Source of the DNA: Torpedo marmorata
Taxonomy: Eukaryota
Direction: 5' to 3'
Length of the DNA: 64,000 nucleotides
NCBI GenBank assembly: GCA_977017645.1
Contig: OZ360221.1
Location: 115,816,001 to 115,880,000 of the forward strand
A program made the translations under genes and the position numbers. Under the pieces are notes generated by a model that was not told the DNA's origin, did no database searches, and was given only the letters and a program-made list of their open reading frames with translations. Below are positions 1-12,979 of the stretch, piece after piece (positions within the stretch are counted from its first letter, which is position 1; every line of letters begins with the position of its first letter).

Positions 1-2817
1 ATGGAGTCCAGTGAAAAATTCCATATTATCATTCAAAATCTCGTTTCTTCGAAATTGTGTTGCCGCATTGAAAGGAAAAGAAAAACTCTGGACTAATCAA
101 GATAAAAAGCTAATTGTGAAATCATTTAAAATATTCAATAGAATTACGATATTTTATCGAAAACAGATATTTCAGAGTGTGCGTTAACGGGGACAAGATC
201 ACAAGATAGTATCAACAGCGCTCTGATAATGTCTGAAACAGTTTACTCTTTTTTGAGAATGCGACTCTACAAACATGCTTCACCCATTTATCGGGGGAAA
301 GTTCAGGGGATTCGTGGAAATAATTACGAGAGTTCATTTGTCCTCACTGCAGTAACCAAGATTCAGTTAATGAAAGAAGAATTCCCATAAAATTCCAAAG
401 CTACTGGGTTTATTGTCCTAAAAACAACTCAAATCGAACATTTCACTAAAATGTTCAATGAAAAATCACACTCGCTAAGTGTTAGATAACCGAAGAGAAT
501 GTTGGAAGATAATGTCGAGTTACTTCATGTATATTACAAAATATTATGCAACCAATAGATATTCACACATGGTATCATAATATCTTGTTAAATCAAACTA
601 TAATTTAATTGTTCGAATTTGAAACATTTTATTTAACATTGTCCTCCGAGCTTATTTTTTTCAAATCTTATTTAATTAAGCTGCATGAAATAAAAGTGAC
701 TGAAACGAACATTGTATTACTGTAAATGCACAGTAAAGGGGGATAGTGATTGCATTCCTTTTATATAAAATAGCATGCACAAAGCAGAACTGTTCTGTAA
801 CGCAATTAATTTGAATTGATATTTATTCCAGAGAATTTAATAAACATTGTTAATTTAGTACATCTGAATTTTGAAACAAGTCCTCTTATTTCACCTCCCC
901 CCCCCCCACCCTACGCATTGCTAATTACTGGGAACATCAATTAAAGAGCAGATGATTATATCACATCATTAAGTCTGCATGAACAAATAAAATCACTTTA
1001 ATACATTTTATATTTATTTAATATTATATTATATTTAATAAATATAGAAATGATTTAAAATAACAGTCGTATTGATGTCACCTTCTCTAATGTTTACTTC
1101 CTTTCTTTTTCAAAAGGCAATAATAACTTGCGCAAAATTCTATAATGTAATGATCTTTTTAGATTAGTTAACCTGATTAAAATTCTACGATGCTTCTTTA
1201 CGAATTCAGATCTATCCCGAATATACGCACTGAGAAGTTCCCTGAACGTGCCAAGTTGGTGCATTGCGCGTTATATTTCCAAAGTAATCACATGCAATAT
1301 GCTTTCGGGACTGCAATGAAAGTGATTCATAACATTCGTTTTTGTCAATAAAGGATGTGATAAAAGCTCTATTTTATTGTTTGGACAATACACTGTATCT
1401 GGACACATTTGCCCACATTTTATTCGAGTGAAATTTTTTCTAGCCTCTGGAACAAGGAGTTAGTAGACTACATTTACCAACCCACCCTGTTTTACAGCGC
1501 AGTGTAATCGTCCATTAGAACGCGTTCAATTAAACATCAGGCTGTAAAATCAATTGACTTTCGGTGTAATTAATAAAAGCTTATTTCCACTGCTTACTAG
1601 ACAAAGAAGCTCTGTAAGATATGACTTAAACAGCAACAATCATATTTTACGCAATTTTATTTCACATACCCCTCGAATAGCTTGTGCAAATGTTTACATT
1701 TAAACAATATAATATTTGTAATGGTACGAAATTAGTTGATCCGAATGATGTGAATAACATTTTACGTTTTGCTCGACAAATTCCTCTTTTACTGAAACAC
1801 AAACTTTAAAAAATAATTGTGCGTCTCTTCCCCCACCCCCCACCCCCCACCCCCTTTTGGTAGGCGCAGTATGCAATGTTTTGCACTGACCAACGAACTT
1901 GCTATTAAATAAAGCAGTCCGCTAATTAGCTCGGGCAATGTCTGTATTTACGTTCTTTGTCGAAAAATAGGGAATTAGAGCTTATCGTATAAACACAGGG
2001 CGTTTCTGAAGACGAGAAAATGCAGGTCAGTCGCCACAGCATTTTTTCATAATAAACAGAGATGGAGCCAAGACCCCCAAGTGTTACCTCGCCTGCGTGC
2101 ACATTTGACATTTTTACTGCAAGGGTAGATTTACAGCCATTTTAAAGAGAAAGGCAACGTTTAATGCTTTTTACGACTTTCCCAAAACACTAGCATTTAA
2201 ATAACTTCCATCAAATTTGAATGTTAGCAAAAGTCGAGTTTACGAAATCTATTTCGTATGAAAGACGACCCAAGTTCTGAGGCATTGAAGGGAAGATTGT
2301 TTCGCGGTTTAATTAAACAGAAATTAAACTTTACCAGTTTTAACTCTTCCGAACAGCAAATCAGTAGTTTAGATGATCATGGATGTCATAATTTCTTCAA
2401 TAAGCGTCCGAATCCATCAGCACTGCTCGGGGTTTATCAGATAGATTGTATCATGCTAAAATGTACTTGTAGCCCATCTCGATATGGGGCATATGGTTAA
2501 AACAGCCGGAGTCCGAGTCAAAAACAAAATAAAACAAATAAAATGGCACATTTCGAAGATACATCTTGGAGCAAGCTTGCACCACATCCCACAGAGCTGC
2601 ACTGTGTATTTATTGGACTTCGACACGGGAAACAAAACAAAAGATTTTATTCAATGAAATGAGATTTCGCAAGGGATACGCGAAGCTAAGTTTGGAAGTG
2701 ACCGAAAAGTGACACCGTGTGCATTTTGTTTCTTATTAATCTTATACATTGACAGTCTTTGTTAAGTAACAAGGCGTGCCATTCGCGAGGCGACATTTTC
2801 ATATTTGTTAGACGCGG

Positions 2818-2834
2818 TGACCTGAATTTCACCT
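2818..2834 (-). promoter_or_regulatory. DR5 retinoic acid response element (Hox4 5' RARE), upstream of HoxA4
   Basis: Minus strand reads AGGTGA-AATTC-AGGTCA: two nuclear-receptor half-sites spaced by 5 nt. This is the AGGTGA(n5)AGGTCA form known upstream of HoxA4 and HoxD4, in the expected position between Hox5 and Hox4. Confidence 0.85.
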
Positions 2835-3758
2835 CGGCCTTGGACTTAGCCATTTCTAAAAGGCCTATAGTGCTCTTTCAAATACCAGGGTCTTTTGCCC
2901 AGGTCATTACCTTTGTGGAGGGGGGAAAGTAGCCAAAATGCATGGGTTCTATGCAGTCCCGGGTGTTGCAATAGCCTACTCGGTAATCGTCTTTAAATGT
3001 TTGCAAATATAACATCGAGTGAAATCTCACCAAATTTGTAAAAATCTGTTTGATGAAACACAGAAATAATTAAGTTGGAAATATATTGAATAACATTGAA
3101 CAACATCCATGATCGGATATTTTGCTTTTTGGAATTATAAATTAATTTGAACTTACAAAAAAAAGTTCCACAAAGAGCTGCATTGTTTTACGAATACATC
3201 TGCATTTAATTTCAAGTCGTTTGTACCTCCACCCTATACTATAGTGTTCCAAATTTCATCCCCTGCATTTTATTTTAAAAGTGCGTACTCCAAAAAGAAA
3301 TGTTCTATTTTTAGGAAAACATCGCTTTTAAAATATAACCTTTAGGTTCAAAATTGTGTTGCGTGGCCCCTTTTCTTGATGTCTCTGATCAAGTGTTCCT
3401 AATACATTGTTTTGTCGCTTAAGGTCTACGATTTAATCTCTCACAAACTATTCTAATAACAAGTGTCAACGTTGCAAAACAAAATTATTCGTTTGAAATA
3501 AGTTTCCCATCTTTATCAGGGAGGAAAAAAATCAATTTATGCATGATGGATTCCTGTCTTCTCTTATGTCCTGTTTGTTGAACTATAACATGCCAATCTC
3601 CTCTTTCACCAAAATCCGCTACTTTTCTATGGGCCCGGCTCTAACTATTATTCAGATAATACTCTCTTTAAGTCTCTTTATTTATCCATACATACGCATA
3701 TATGCACTGAATTTTTTATTTAAAGGAATATTGTAAGTTTCAAGAAGAATGTGATGAG

Positions 3759-3810
3759 GAAGGGGCTGGGGGGCGGGGGCGGGGATGTTGGGGGGGGGGG
3801 GGGGTGGGGA
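3759..3810 (+). repeat. G-rich low-complexity tract, potential G-quadruplex
   Basis: GGGGCTGGGGGCGGGGGCGGGG...G-run...TGGGG; at least five runs of four or more G. Confidence 0.6.
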
Positions 3811-6800
3811 GAGAAGGTTATAAGAACTCCGAGCAAAGATGGCTTCTTGACCTACTGAATAATGCATTTATTTTCGTATCGCATATGAAATGTTCTGTGT
3901 TTTGCAAACTTTTTGTATACAGGATACGCAATTCGCCCTGCCCGTAAAAAGAATTATTTTCGTTTATCTCTGCAATTGATCATCTTTTTTAACCAACCTA
4001 TTACCTGTGTGCTAATGATTTTCGAAACCACACATTTTTCAGACCCAAGGTGGAATTGTAATATTGTTTTGCGAAATACATTGTACCCCGTTGCTCGTAA
4101 TTTGCTAACTATAATGAAAATCACGAGACATTTTAATGTGGTTTTATATTTTCTCTCAGTATCTTTAATTAAAATGGACTTGATTTTAAAAAAATCTTTG
4201 ATGTGTCCAAACGATAGTGGTGCAGCTACATGCTTACATTTGGTATAAAATATTACACATTGACAATATCCCAAATAAAATTTGTACTTCAGCGATTTAA
4301 CCGTCGACTTTGGATACAAGCACGACTGACAGTTATTTCGTACACGTTTTTAGCATTAGCCATAAAGAGATACTGGTTCTAATGCAGACTGATGTGAATA
4401 TCATTGCTAAAATATATTTTAGCGACGATAAAATAAGAACGAATGGCATAGCCAAATAGTTGTTCTATAAAAAGAAGTACTTCAGGGAATAAATAAGTGT
4501 TTCAACAGCATTTTATGACCCGTGTTTTTTTTTCAAATGTTTCACTTCTATCGAAGTTAACAAAATGATCTGAAAGGAATGGAGAACAGAACACAAACCT
4601 ATGTAATTTTATGATTAAAACTATATGTCGATTGAAACATATGTATTCATGAAATGTTCATCAATTCTAAATTAGCAGCGGTTGGTCTACATTTCTTTTT
4701 TTAAAAAAGGTTTTTATGAATCCAAATTTAATTGATGTCGATCTTTGCCTTGGGTGGATGTGTGCTCTTTTATATGGTGGAATTTGACAGGCAGGCTGCT
4801 GCTGTATTTCAACCCTTATAAACGGTATTTCACGAAGAAAACTGAAACACTAAATAAAACAATTGTATTATATTTTAGACGTGATGTTTGTCGTTACTAA
4901 AGATTTCCCTGCTATATTTACCAAGCAGATAGCAAAAATACGGTGGTCGATTTTTCAATTTAAAATACAATGTGTCTCGATTTTGAAAAGAGCATTTTTT
5001 TCTTTCCTTTCGTCAGTAATTGAGGTCGTTCAGTCGCTAGAGTTCACCTGGAGTCCATAGCATGATACACGGGTAACTCAAAGCTATTTTATCTTTTGTG
5101 CTGATAGTCAAGATCGTGCTATAACATTGACATCAAACTCTGTCTGAGCAGATGATTACAAGTCGTGCAAAACGTAAACTTTTGACCCTCAACTTTTTGA
5201 CCTATAGTTGTACCGCCCTGCCAACCACCGTACAGGGAGCCTTTTTCAAAGCACCACCGAGGACTAAATGATATCCCCTTTCGTTCACGATTTTCATGAT
5301 GTACTGCGAATTTCAATTTTTGGAAAGCTAAAACAATCGCACCTACCCCCTCCCCTTCTGTCCCGCACCCAACCCTTTTCCCATTCCGTCCCCCCATATG
5401 TGAAACATTCGCTTAATCTCAAAAATGGCATGAACCTCAACAGTCTGCCCGCTGTTTATTCAAGTGCTCCTTTATTTTGTTGGATGTGCCAAAATGGGTA
5501 AGTTATTTTTATTGCAGCAGCCAGCCGATGCAATTATAGATAGTATACCAAAAAAAACCAAATCAATTTAGTATGTTTAGCATTTTCGTTCTTTTCTGTT
5601 ATACTGATAGAACAATGGATACATGAGCTCCCAGTCCATGCTAATACTGACTGTGAACTTGGTCTAAAGCGAGCTCTGCTGGTGAGTCGCAGAGTGTGCA
5701 GATACGCTTTTCTTCAATTCCTTCTTTTTCTTTCCTAAAAACATCGTCTCTTTGATTTAAGGAACGTAGCCCGCCAAACAATGCCCGATCAAAATCGTGT
5801 ATTTTAGTAAAAGAGGGGCGCGTTTTTCTACCTTCCTTGCCAAAGGCGTTTAATCTAATGATCCGCTATCAAGAAAAAAAAATACATTATTAATTTGCTT
5901 ACGTCGCAACTGCAAACATTAGATGAAACAAACATAAAATATCAAAAGGAGGCGGGAAAATGTTCTTTTGCGTATTGATTCTAAATGAGATTTCTCTAAG
6001 AGAATTTAGCACTTTTTTCCTCAAGAGAATAAAATAATTGAAATTGCACCTTCTATTGTGTGTAATGAGATCTGATTTAGAGAAGGTGTGGATGCTAATT
6101 CATTCTACCCCTTATTTTTTGAAGGACAAATCTCTGGTAACAAAATAAAAGACAATCTGGTTAATTTAGTGGGTTCACCTGTAGTCCCTCCATTGCAACT
6201 GTGACAGGATATAATGATATGAACGCAATCCTTCAGCCGTTTACTATAATATCTTCCATTCCAGTAAACACAACAGTTATTAATGAAACCATTTCAGGAA
6301 GACGTAACAAGTTCTCTATTTCTACAAGGTCAGACTACAGTCAAAGGTTTACGGTTGAAAATTCGTGGCAACGTATTTCGTAACAATTTGCTTCTTTAGT
6401 TCGATATTTGTCTCCACTGAAACACAATTAATTCCATGAACCTGAGAACCAAGGAACATTATACAAAATAAAGAAATAAAATGTGAGCATTATGGAAGCC
6501 CTGAGAGCAAATGTGTGTTACTTTCTATTAATATCGTTCATTTTAGAATGCCAATATTCCATAAAATTGTACCGCTAAATGCCAGATAGATAGACTAAAT
6601 ACGTAAGAAAGGAAACTAATCGGTAAGGCATTTATTCAGCTTGCTAGGTAATATGAAATTTAATATTAATTTATCATGTGGATAATATTACCACACATAT
6701 ATTTATTTCTCCTTTAGTGAGCTGTAATCTATTACGTTCATAAATAGTATTACCACTTCCTCTTTAAATTATTTAATGCTGTAATGAACGCCAAGTTAAT

Positions 6801-9729
6801 TATCTGACTTTACTCATAAATAGGAAATCTCAATGCTGCCAGCTGCCCTTTCCCACCCCCAAACAACCCCAAATCCACTGAAATGGGCCGAGAAATTTGT
6901 CGCAGGCTCACATAATATAGAGCTAAATAGGTTTTGCACATAAAAAAGCTAACTGGATTCAAATACTAGTGCCTTGCTCTGCATTTGATAAAGAATTTCA
7001 TTTGTAGAACTCAGTGAAACTTCTATTCTGTCCAAAGACAAACTAGCACGGATTGCAGTTGAAGAACGTGGTGCCCTTTCAATGCCCTTAGCAAAGACGA
7101 AACGTAAGCACGTCGCATTCCAGATTTTATGGCGTTCATCTCCTTACCACTCACAACTTTTCATTTGTTTTACATTTATGTTTTTCGCGATAAGAGAATT
7201 GTTACCTACACCGTACAAAAGCCGGGTTTTTTAAAAACTTTTAAACACTGATTAATAAGATGGCCTCATAAAGATTGAGATGTGGTTAAAGCTCTGAATT
7301 CAATGCCTCAATTGAAACTTAACCAATAGTTTATTTGAGAAAATAGTATATAAAATGTATACCAACGCAGCTCTTTGAAGGAAAATTTGATTCACTGCAA
7401 TTTCATATTAAACATTCAGTCCAGTCAGAGATTGAATTTATTGATAATTTATGTCCGACCTACTGAACAGATTGTCTTTGTACTGCGTGTTATGTCTTTG
7501 GCTCAGGGTCTTCTTGAAGAAGACGTTGTAAAAGACGTTCCAATAAAGAACCCCTGATTTAAAAAAAATATCTGTTCACGTTCACGCAAAATGGCAGCCT
7601 CAAACCATAGACAGAATTCGTCTGAAAGGCAAATAAATACAGTTCTAGACAGAAACGAGTAACCCCACCCCCACCACCACCCCCCCCCCCCCCGCCCGCC
7701 CACCGTTTCTCTCTCTAATTCTCACCCACACGCACACATACGCACACGAACAGTTTACTAAATGTAGAAGAGAGGCAGTGGAGGAAAGTATTGCCATCTT
7801 ATTGATGAAGGCTTAGTGATCGGCACTTTTAGGAAAAAACCCTGAACAGTTATGTATCATTGGTCCCCACAGAATATCTGCATGACGCAATCTTACAATT
7901 TCAGATAACATTTAATCCTTTAACTCTGCATTATGACCCCCAATACATTTTTTGCCCAGTTTGAGATCTCGGTTATTTTTTTAATGAAATACCTTCCGTC
8001 GTTCAGCGAACTATACCAAATGTAGGAAACGAAATAACATATTATTACTAATGTTTAGGAAGTAGTTAAAAACAATTATAACTGCTAAAAATGTATATGT
8101 AATATTAGTCTGAATTTCACTCAAGCACGAGTGAAACTAAAGATCCTTTCGTCTTGTTATAAGAGGCATTTAAGTGACCTGGACAGATGATATATTAAAC
8201 TGTCATATTTAAATATAAACTAATACAAAGGAAATTACAACAGATTGACGCGATTGACATGGCCGATCCGGAACTGCTGTACTGATACAGGGGTGATTTC
8301 CTTTCTTTACTGTTGGATTTTATAGCACATCGTAAAACGGACCTAATTGCAATGGAATGCTTTGAGTAGAAGTTCTGGAGGGTAATTGCTTTCAAGCTCC
8401 TTAACTGTGTGGCCGCCCTGCTATCTATACTTCTTACACTATAGGCAGATTTTCATAATATCCATAAAAATGGAATGCCCAATGACTTTTGTTGTTACTT
8501 AATAAAAAGAAACATTTTCCTTGTTCAGAAAACTATTTTCATCAGTCTTCCTTAGATTATATATGTAAGTCTCCGTCTACACACCAGACGCGGAAGCTTC
8601 AAAGAATGGAAAAAAAATCGGTCATAAAGTTTATGGTTCGTTAGCCACCACTGTGGGAACCTACAATTCACCAAAAACAATGTTAATGTTACAACAGTTA
8701 GAGTTAAAGGTGAAGAAACTCTTCAATTCGCTCTATTTCAAAAGCTTTTTTTTAAACAAATCTAGAGTTTCTGTCGCATAAATGCCTCAATTTAGGTCGG
8801 ATTTTTTTCATTGACAGTTTTAGTTATATTACTTGTACTTTCATATTTTTTTAAAGAATGATGATTGTCTCCAAAAAAGTTTAAATTACTATTTCTAGGT
8901 AGGGGCTGGGGGAGGGGTCGATTTGCTTGCATACGTGAAAGACTCATGTCATACACTTTGTGAGTACCTTGGTCACATCATGCGTGCGGACTAAGTTTAT
9001 ATTGGAACTCTTCAAGCAACACTTACACCCTAACTCATTAAAGTATCGGTGTCCCGTAACTTCCCAAATTGCATGACAATGAATACATTTGAAACATATA
9101 CTTTGTAATAACACCAAAAGGAGACTTGTCACAACATCAGCATAACACTCCCCTCAAGCAAATCACAGATAAGCAAATAAATAGCACATCTGAACATCTG
9201 AGCTTGCGGGTAAGAGATACGGATTGTCTATCTAAAATATTAAGGTCATGAACAATACGAATAGTTTTCGGTAAGAATTAATCGTGTCTTTCAAAAAACC
9301 TGTTACACGACTTTAATGGAACTTCACACGGCACTCGCAAAGTTCTATCATTTCTTAATCTTTCCTTTTTTATTTTCTACCTGGTTTCTAAAATAGAAGT
9401 TTAATTTGAACACAGAACTAAACTAATCCATAGTTTACCCAGAATCACTCCTGCCTCAATGCACCCTGGGTGCCATTTAAGGCCTATTTTACTGGGCCAA
9501 ATTTCTTTGCGAATTGCAACGATAATAGTTCAACAAAATTTACCTTGTCTTGCAAGAAAACACAACTTTCCTGTATAGTGGAGTTGTGGAGTTGTGGATA
9601 GTCCTCTGAACAAGAAGATTAGCCATTTGAGTGACCTGTCTGCACACGCAATCTGCAAAGGAGCCAAATGAAGTCCAGCGTCAGTGAGATTATATGTTAT
9701 GTAGAATATACTGTTGGTTGTCAACTCCC

Positions 9730-9905
9730 CAAAACCATAAAACTTACTTTAATGACACCACGTGATATTTTATAGCCAGTGAGGCTATCAGTCTGTGCTA
9801 TGGATGATTTTACGATCTAATTCATAGACAAAACCCTATTCATTTGGCACTCAAATGTCATATAGCCGGAACTGAGGTGTATAAAAGTTTACTGTTTATA
9901 ACTTT
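9730..9905. promoter_or_regulatory. Cdx/Hox-site-rich element 3' of HoxA5 (likely counterpart of the Hoxa5 3' mesodermal enhancer; possible internal promoter)
   Basis: Dense cluster of CCATAAAA, TTTTATAG, TTTTACGA, TATAAAA and TTTATAAC motifs, plus E-box CACGTG at 9759-9764. Position about 1.5 kb 3' of the HoxA5 stop fits the Cdx-dependent Hoxa5 enhancer of mouse (recalled, not aligned). Confidence 0.55.
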
Positions 9906-10655
9906 AAAGGACAAGCACTCACTCAGCAGAAAGGGTGAAAGTGTTGATTCCCCTTGCTGTTAGGAGCTAAGTGGTGACTTTTCTGCCCTGCTTTCACGCG
10001 GTAAGTAAACTCTGTAAAGTGAAAATACCTGTTGGAAAAAGTTTACGCTACACTTTAGTGGGGGAGTTGAGAGATCGTGACTAATGCCTACCTGCGGAAC
10101 AAAGTGGTTGAAATGCTTCAGGGTGCAATTTTACCTCAGATTCACACAAAAGAGTTTCAGAAAAATCAGGTATATATAAACGGTTTGTTCAAATGCACGA
10201 ACAGTGACAGCAGCACAAAGAAATTGGCGTTCAGCTGGAGAAGTACTGTACAGTTGAGCAAACGGTGCGCAAAATTTGGGTGAAAAAGAATGGGATTCAA
10301 ACGGCGGACGCATTCACTTCTGAATTTGTAAAACACTAAATTACAATATCGCACCACGTTAAAAGATTCAATGCACTAATTCCTACCATTTACAATAATC
10401 AGAAATGTTGAAATGCGTTTGTAAAGTCCTGTCTTTATAAGTTTGGGCAAGTTGAATCCCTGTGGTAAATCAATCTTCAAAATGTTCAGCTAGCGAAATA
10501 ATCATAAAATTAGGCCAAACTTTTACTTTTGTTAAGAATTTTGGACAAAAACTGTGTTAAACGTAAGGAGTGGCAACATTTTAATTCACAATACAACATT
10601 CGTACGAGAAATATTTATCTGGGAGTCTAATGAGCAGGAAAGTTACTATAGAAAC

Positions 10656-10661
10656 TTTATT
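10656..10661 (-). terminator. Probable HoxA5 polyadenylation signal AATAAA
   Basis: TTTATT on plus (AATAAA on minus), about 670 nt downstream of the HoxA5 stop. Confidence 0.55.
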
Positions 10662-11330
10662 TTAACTTCCAGTCAGTTTTAAAAACAAATACAAAAGCTC
10701 ATCACTAATTTCTTAGTCTTTTAGGCTTTATAGTTATCCTTTGTCACAAAAAAAACATACACCGACGCTGCGCTAAGAGCCACTTATTGGAATTCGTGCA
10801 AAGTCATACAAAGGCACAGCATAGACATACAGTTCAAAGTCGCAATACCCTTCACAAAATTCACTGCTCACTAATAACACAGAATAGGTAGCATTTCAGT
10901 GATTTAACACTACGATATCCAATACAGAGGACGATGGTCTGAAATTAAATACGTATTGCAAGCTTGGAGCTATATTGACATTTAGCAACACTAACACATA
11001 CATACACTTTTTTTTGCAGAGTGCAACACATAATTACATTTTACTGGACGATTTTATACAGTTACTTCAAGTAATACCGCTTGTATTAATATAAATAAGT
11101 TAAAACAGCTATAATTCACAAGGCTATCCTATTCCTAGACAATATACTGTAAGCAATGACTTGTACAGGCAACAGTACGACCAGAAAGCAGACTAACGAT
11201 GCAAATATAGGAATACGGCAACATGGAAATGGTTTTCTTCATAGAAGTAACACGGGAAAAGAGTTTTTGGAAGTCAGTACTGTATTGACATTATGCTAAT
11301 TGGTCAGCTACTGCCCAGTGCTTCTATTGA

Positions 11331-11708
<378 letters not shown>

Positions 11709-12053
11709 TTAACATTTGCGCTCCTTCTCTGCCTTTATAGCAAAATTACTTCAAAAACTTAACTGGAACAAAATGTTAAAGTCGCCACTTGGACGAAGCT
11801 GTCCCATTATCAACCACACCTTTTCAAAGCTAAACACCCCATTCATTCCTGTTTACCCATACATTACTGATCCGTGGCTGCTGGATACCTTATTAATCTT
11901 ATCCCATCGCGCAAATGGTCACAAATATAATTACATCTTAAAATTATGATCCTTACAGATATCTTAGCGTAAACATTTAGCGTATTTTTATTTACAACGT
12001 GTGAAGTTATTTAAGATTCCACCAATGCTAAGATGAAAGAGGAGGGAGTTTAC

Positions 12054-12642
12054 CGTGACTTATGTGCAGTTTTCGCATCCAGGGGTAAATCTGAGGCTGC
12101 TGCTGTGCTGCGCCTTGCCCGTTCTGTGAACTTGGAGGGTCGCTGCTTGCCGGGGTGTCATCCTCAGTACCAGGCGACGTGCCAACCCCATCTCTACTGA
12201 TTTGACTGCTGCTGCTGCTGCTGCTGGAATTTGAGGAGGTAGTTGGGCTTGCTATGGAGTTTTTGATTCCGGGGTGGTTGTCACTGGAAGGCGGACTGAC
12301 CACGGCGGAGCAGGGCAGAGGGTCAGGTGAAGGAGACTGAGTGGACGTGGCAGGTTGGTTGTACCTGGAGTCTGCTCCTGCTTCTGGTCCCGCCGCTGCT
12401 GCTGCTGTTGTTGCTGCTGCAGAGTAGCTTCGAGATCTTTCACTGGCATTAAAGTGGTTAGATGCTGGACGACTAATGCTGAGATCCATCCCATTGTAGC
12501 CGTAGCCGTACCTGCTGGAATGCATCGTTGCAGAATCCCTGTATTGCTCGCTCACCGAGCTATGATCTCCATAATTATGTAACTGGTAGTCCGGGCCATT
12601 TGGATAGCGACCGCAGAATGAGTTTACAAAGTAAGAGCTCAT
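12054..12642 (-). CDS. HOXA5: Homeobox protein Hox-A5, exon 1
   Basis: [29 protein letters not shown]... to [13 protein letters not shown]. Phase-1 donor G|GTAAAC at 12053. 589+251 nt gives 279 aa. Confidence 0.97.
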
Positions 12643-12703
12643 TTGATTTTTTTTATTTATTTATTTTTTTACTTGATTTGTGGCTCTTGGTCGTTTGTGC
12701 GTC

Positions 12704-12843
12704 NNNNNNNNNNNNNNNNNNNNNNNNNNNNNNNNNNNNNNNNNNNNNNNNNNNNNNNNNNNNNNNNNNNNNNNNNNNNNNNNNNNNNNNNNNNNNNNNN
12801 NNNNNNNNNNNNNNNNNNNNNNNNNNNNNNNNNNNNNNNNNNN
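12704..12843. other. Assembly gap (140 N) covering the HoxA5 proximal promoter / TSS region
   Basis: Run of N starting about 60 nt upstream of the HoxA5 ATG. Confidence 0.99.
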
Positions 12844-12964
12844 CTCTAGAGGTAAATCCGTGCACTGTGGCTACAAATTGGAAGGTTGCGAGGAAGAAAG
12901 AAAGAGGGGCACGCGCACGGGGGCGCGCCTGCTGCTCCCAGCACTAGCTTTGGGTTGTCCTTGC

Positions 12965-12979
12965 GCGCCACCCTCTGGA
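12965..12979 (-). promoter_or_regulatory. CTCF motif between HoxA5 and HoxA6 (CBS 5|6-like)
   Basis: Minus strand TCCAGAGGGTGGCGC fits the CTCF core CCA(C/G)nnG(A/G)(G/T)GGC(G/A), at the position of the known A5|A6 boundary. Confidence 0.65.

Noticed and set aside
1-11330. Intact mir-10 or HoxA4 coding sequence
   Set aside because: No TACCCTGTAGA match noticed on either strand and no Hox4 ORF. HoxA4 probably lies just left of the window.
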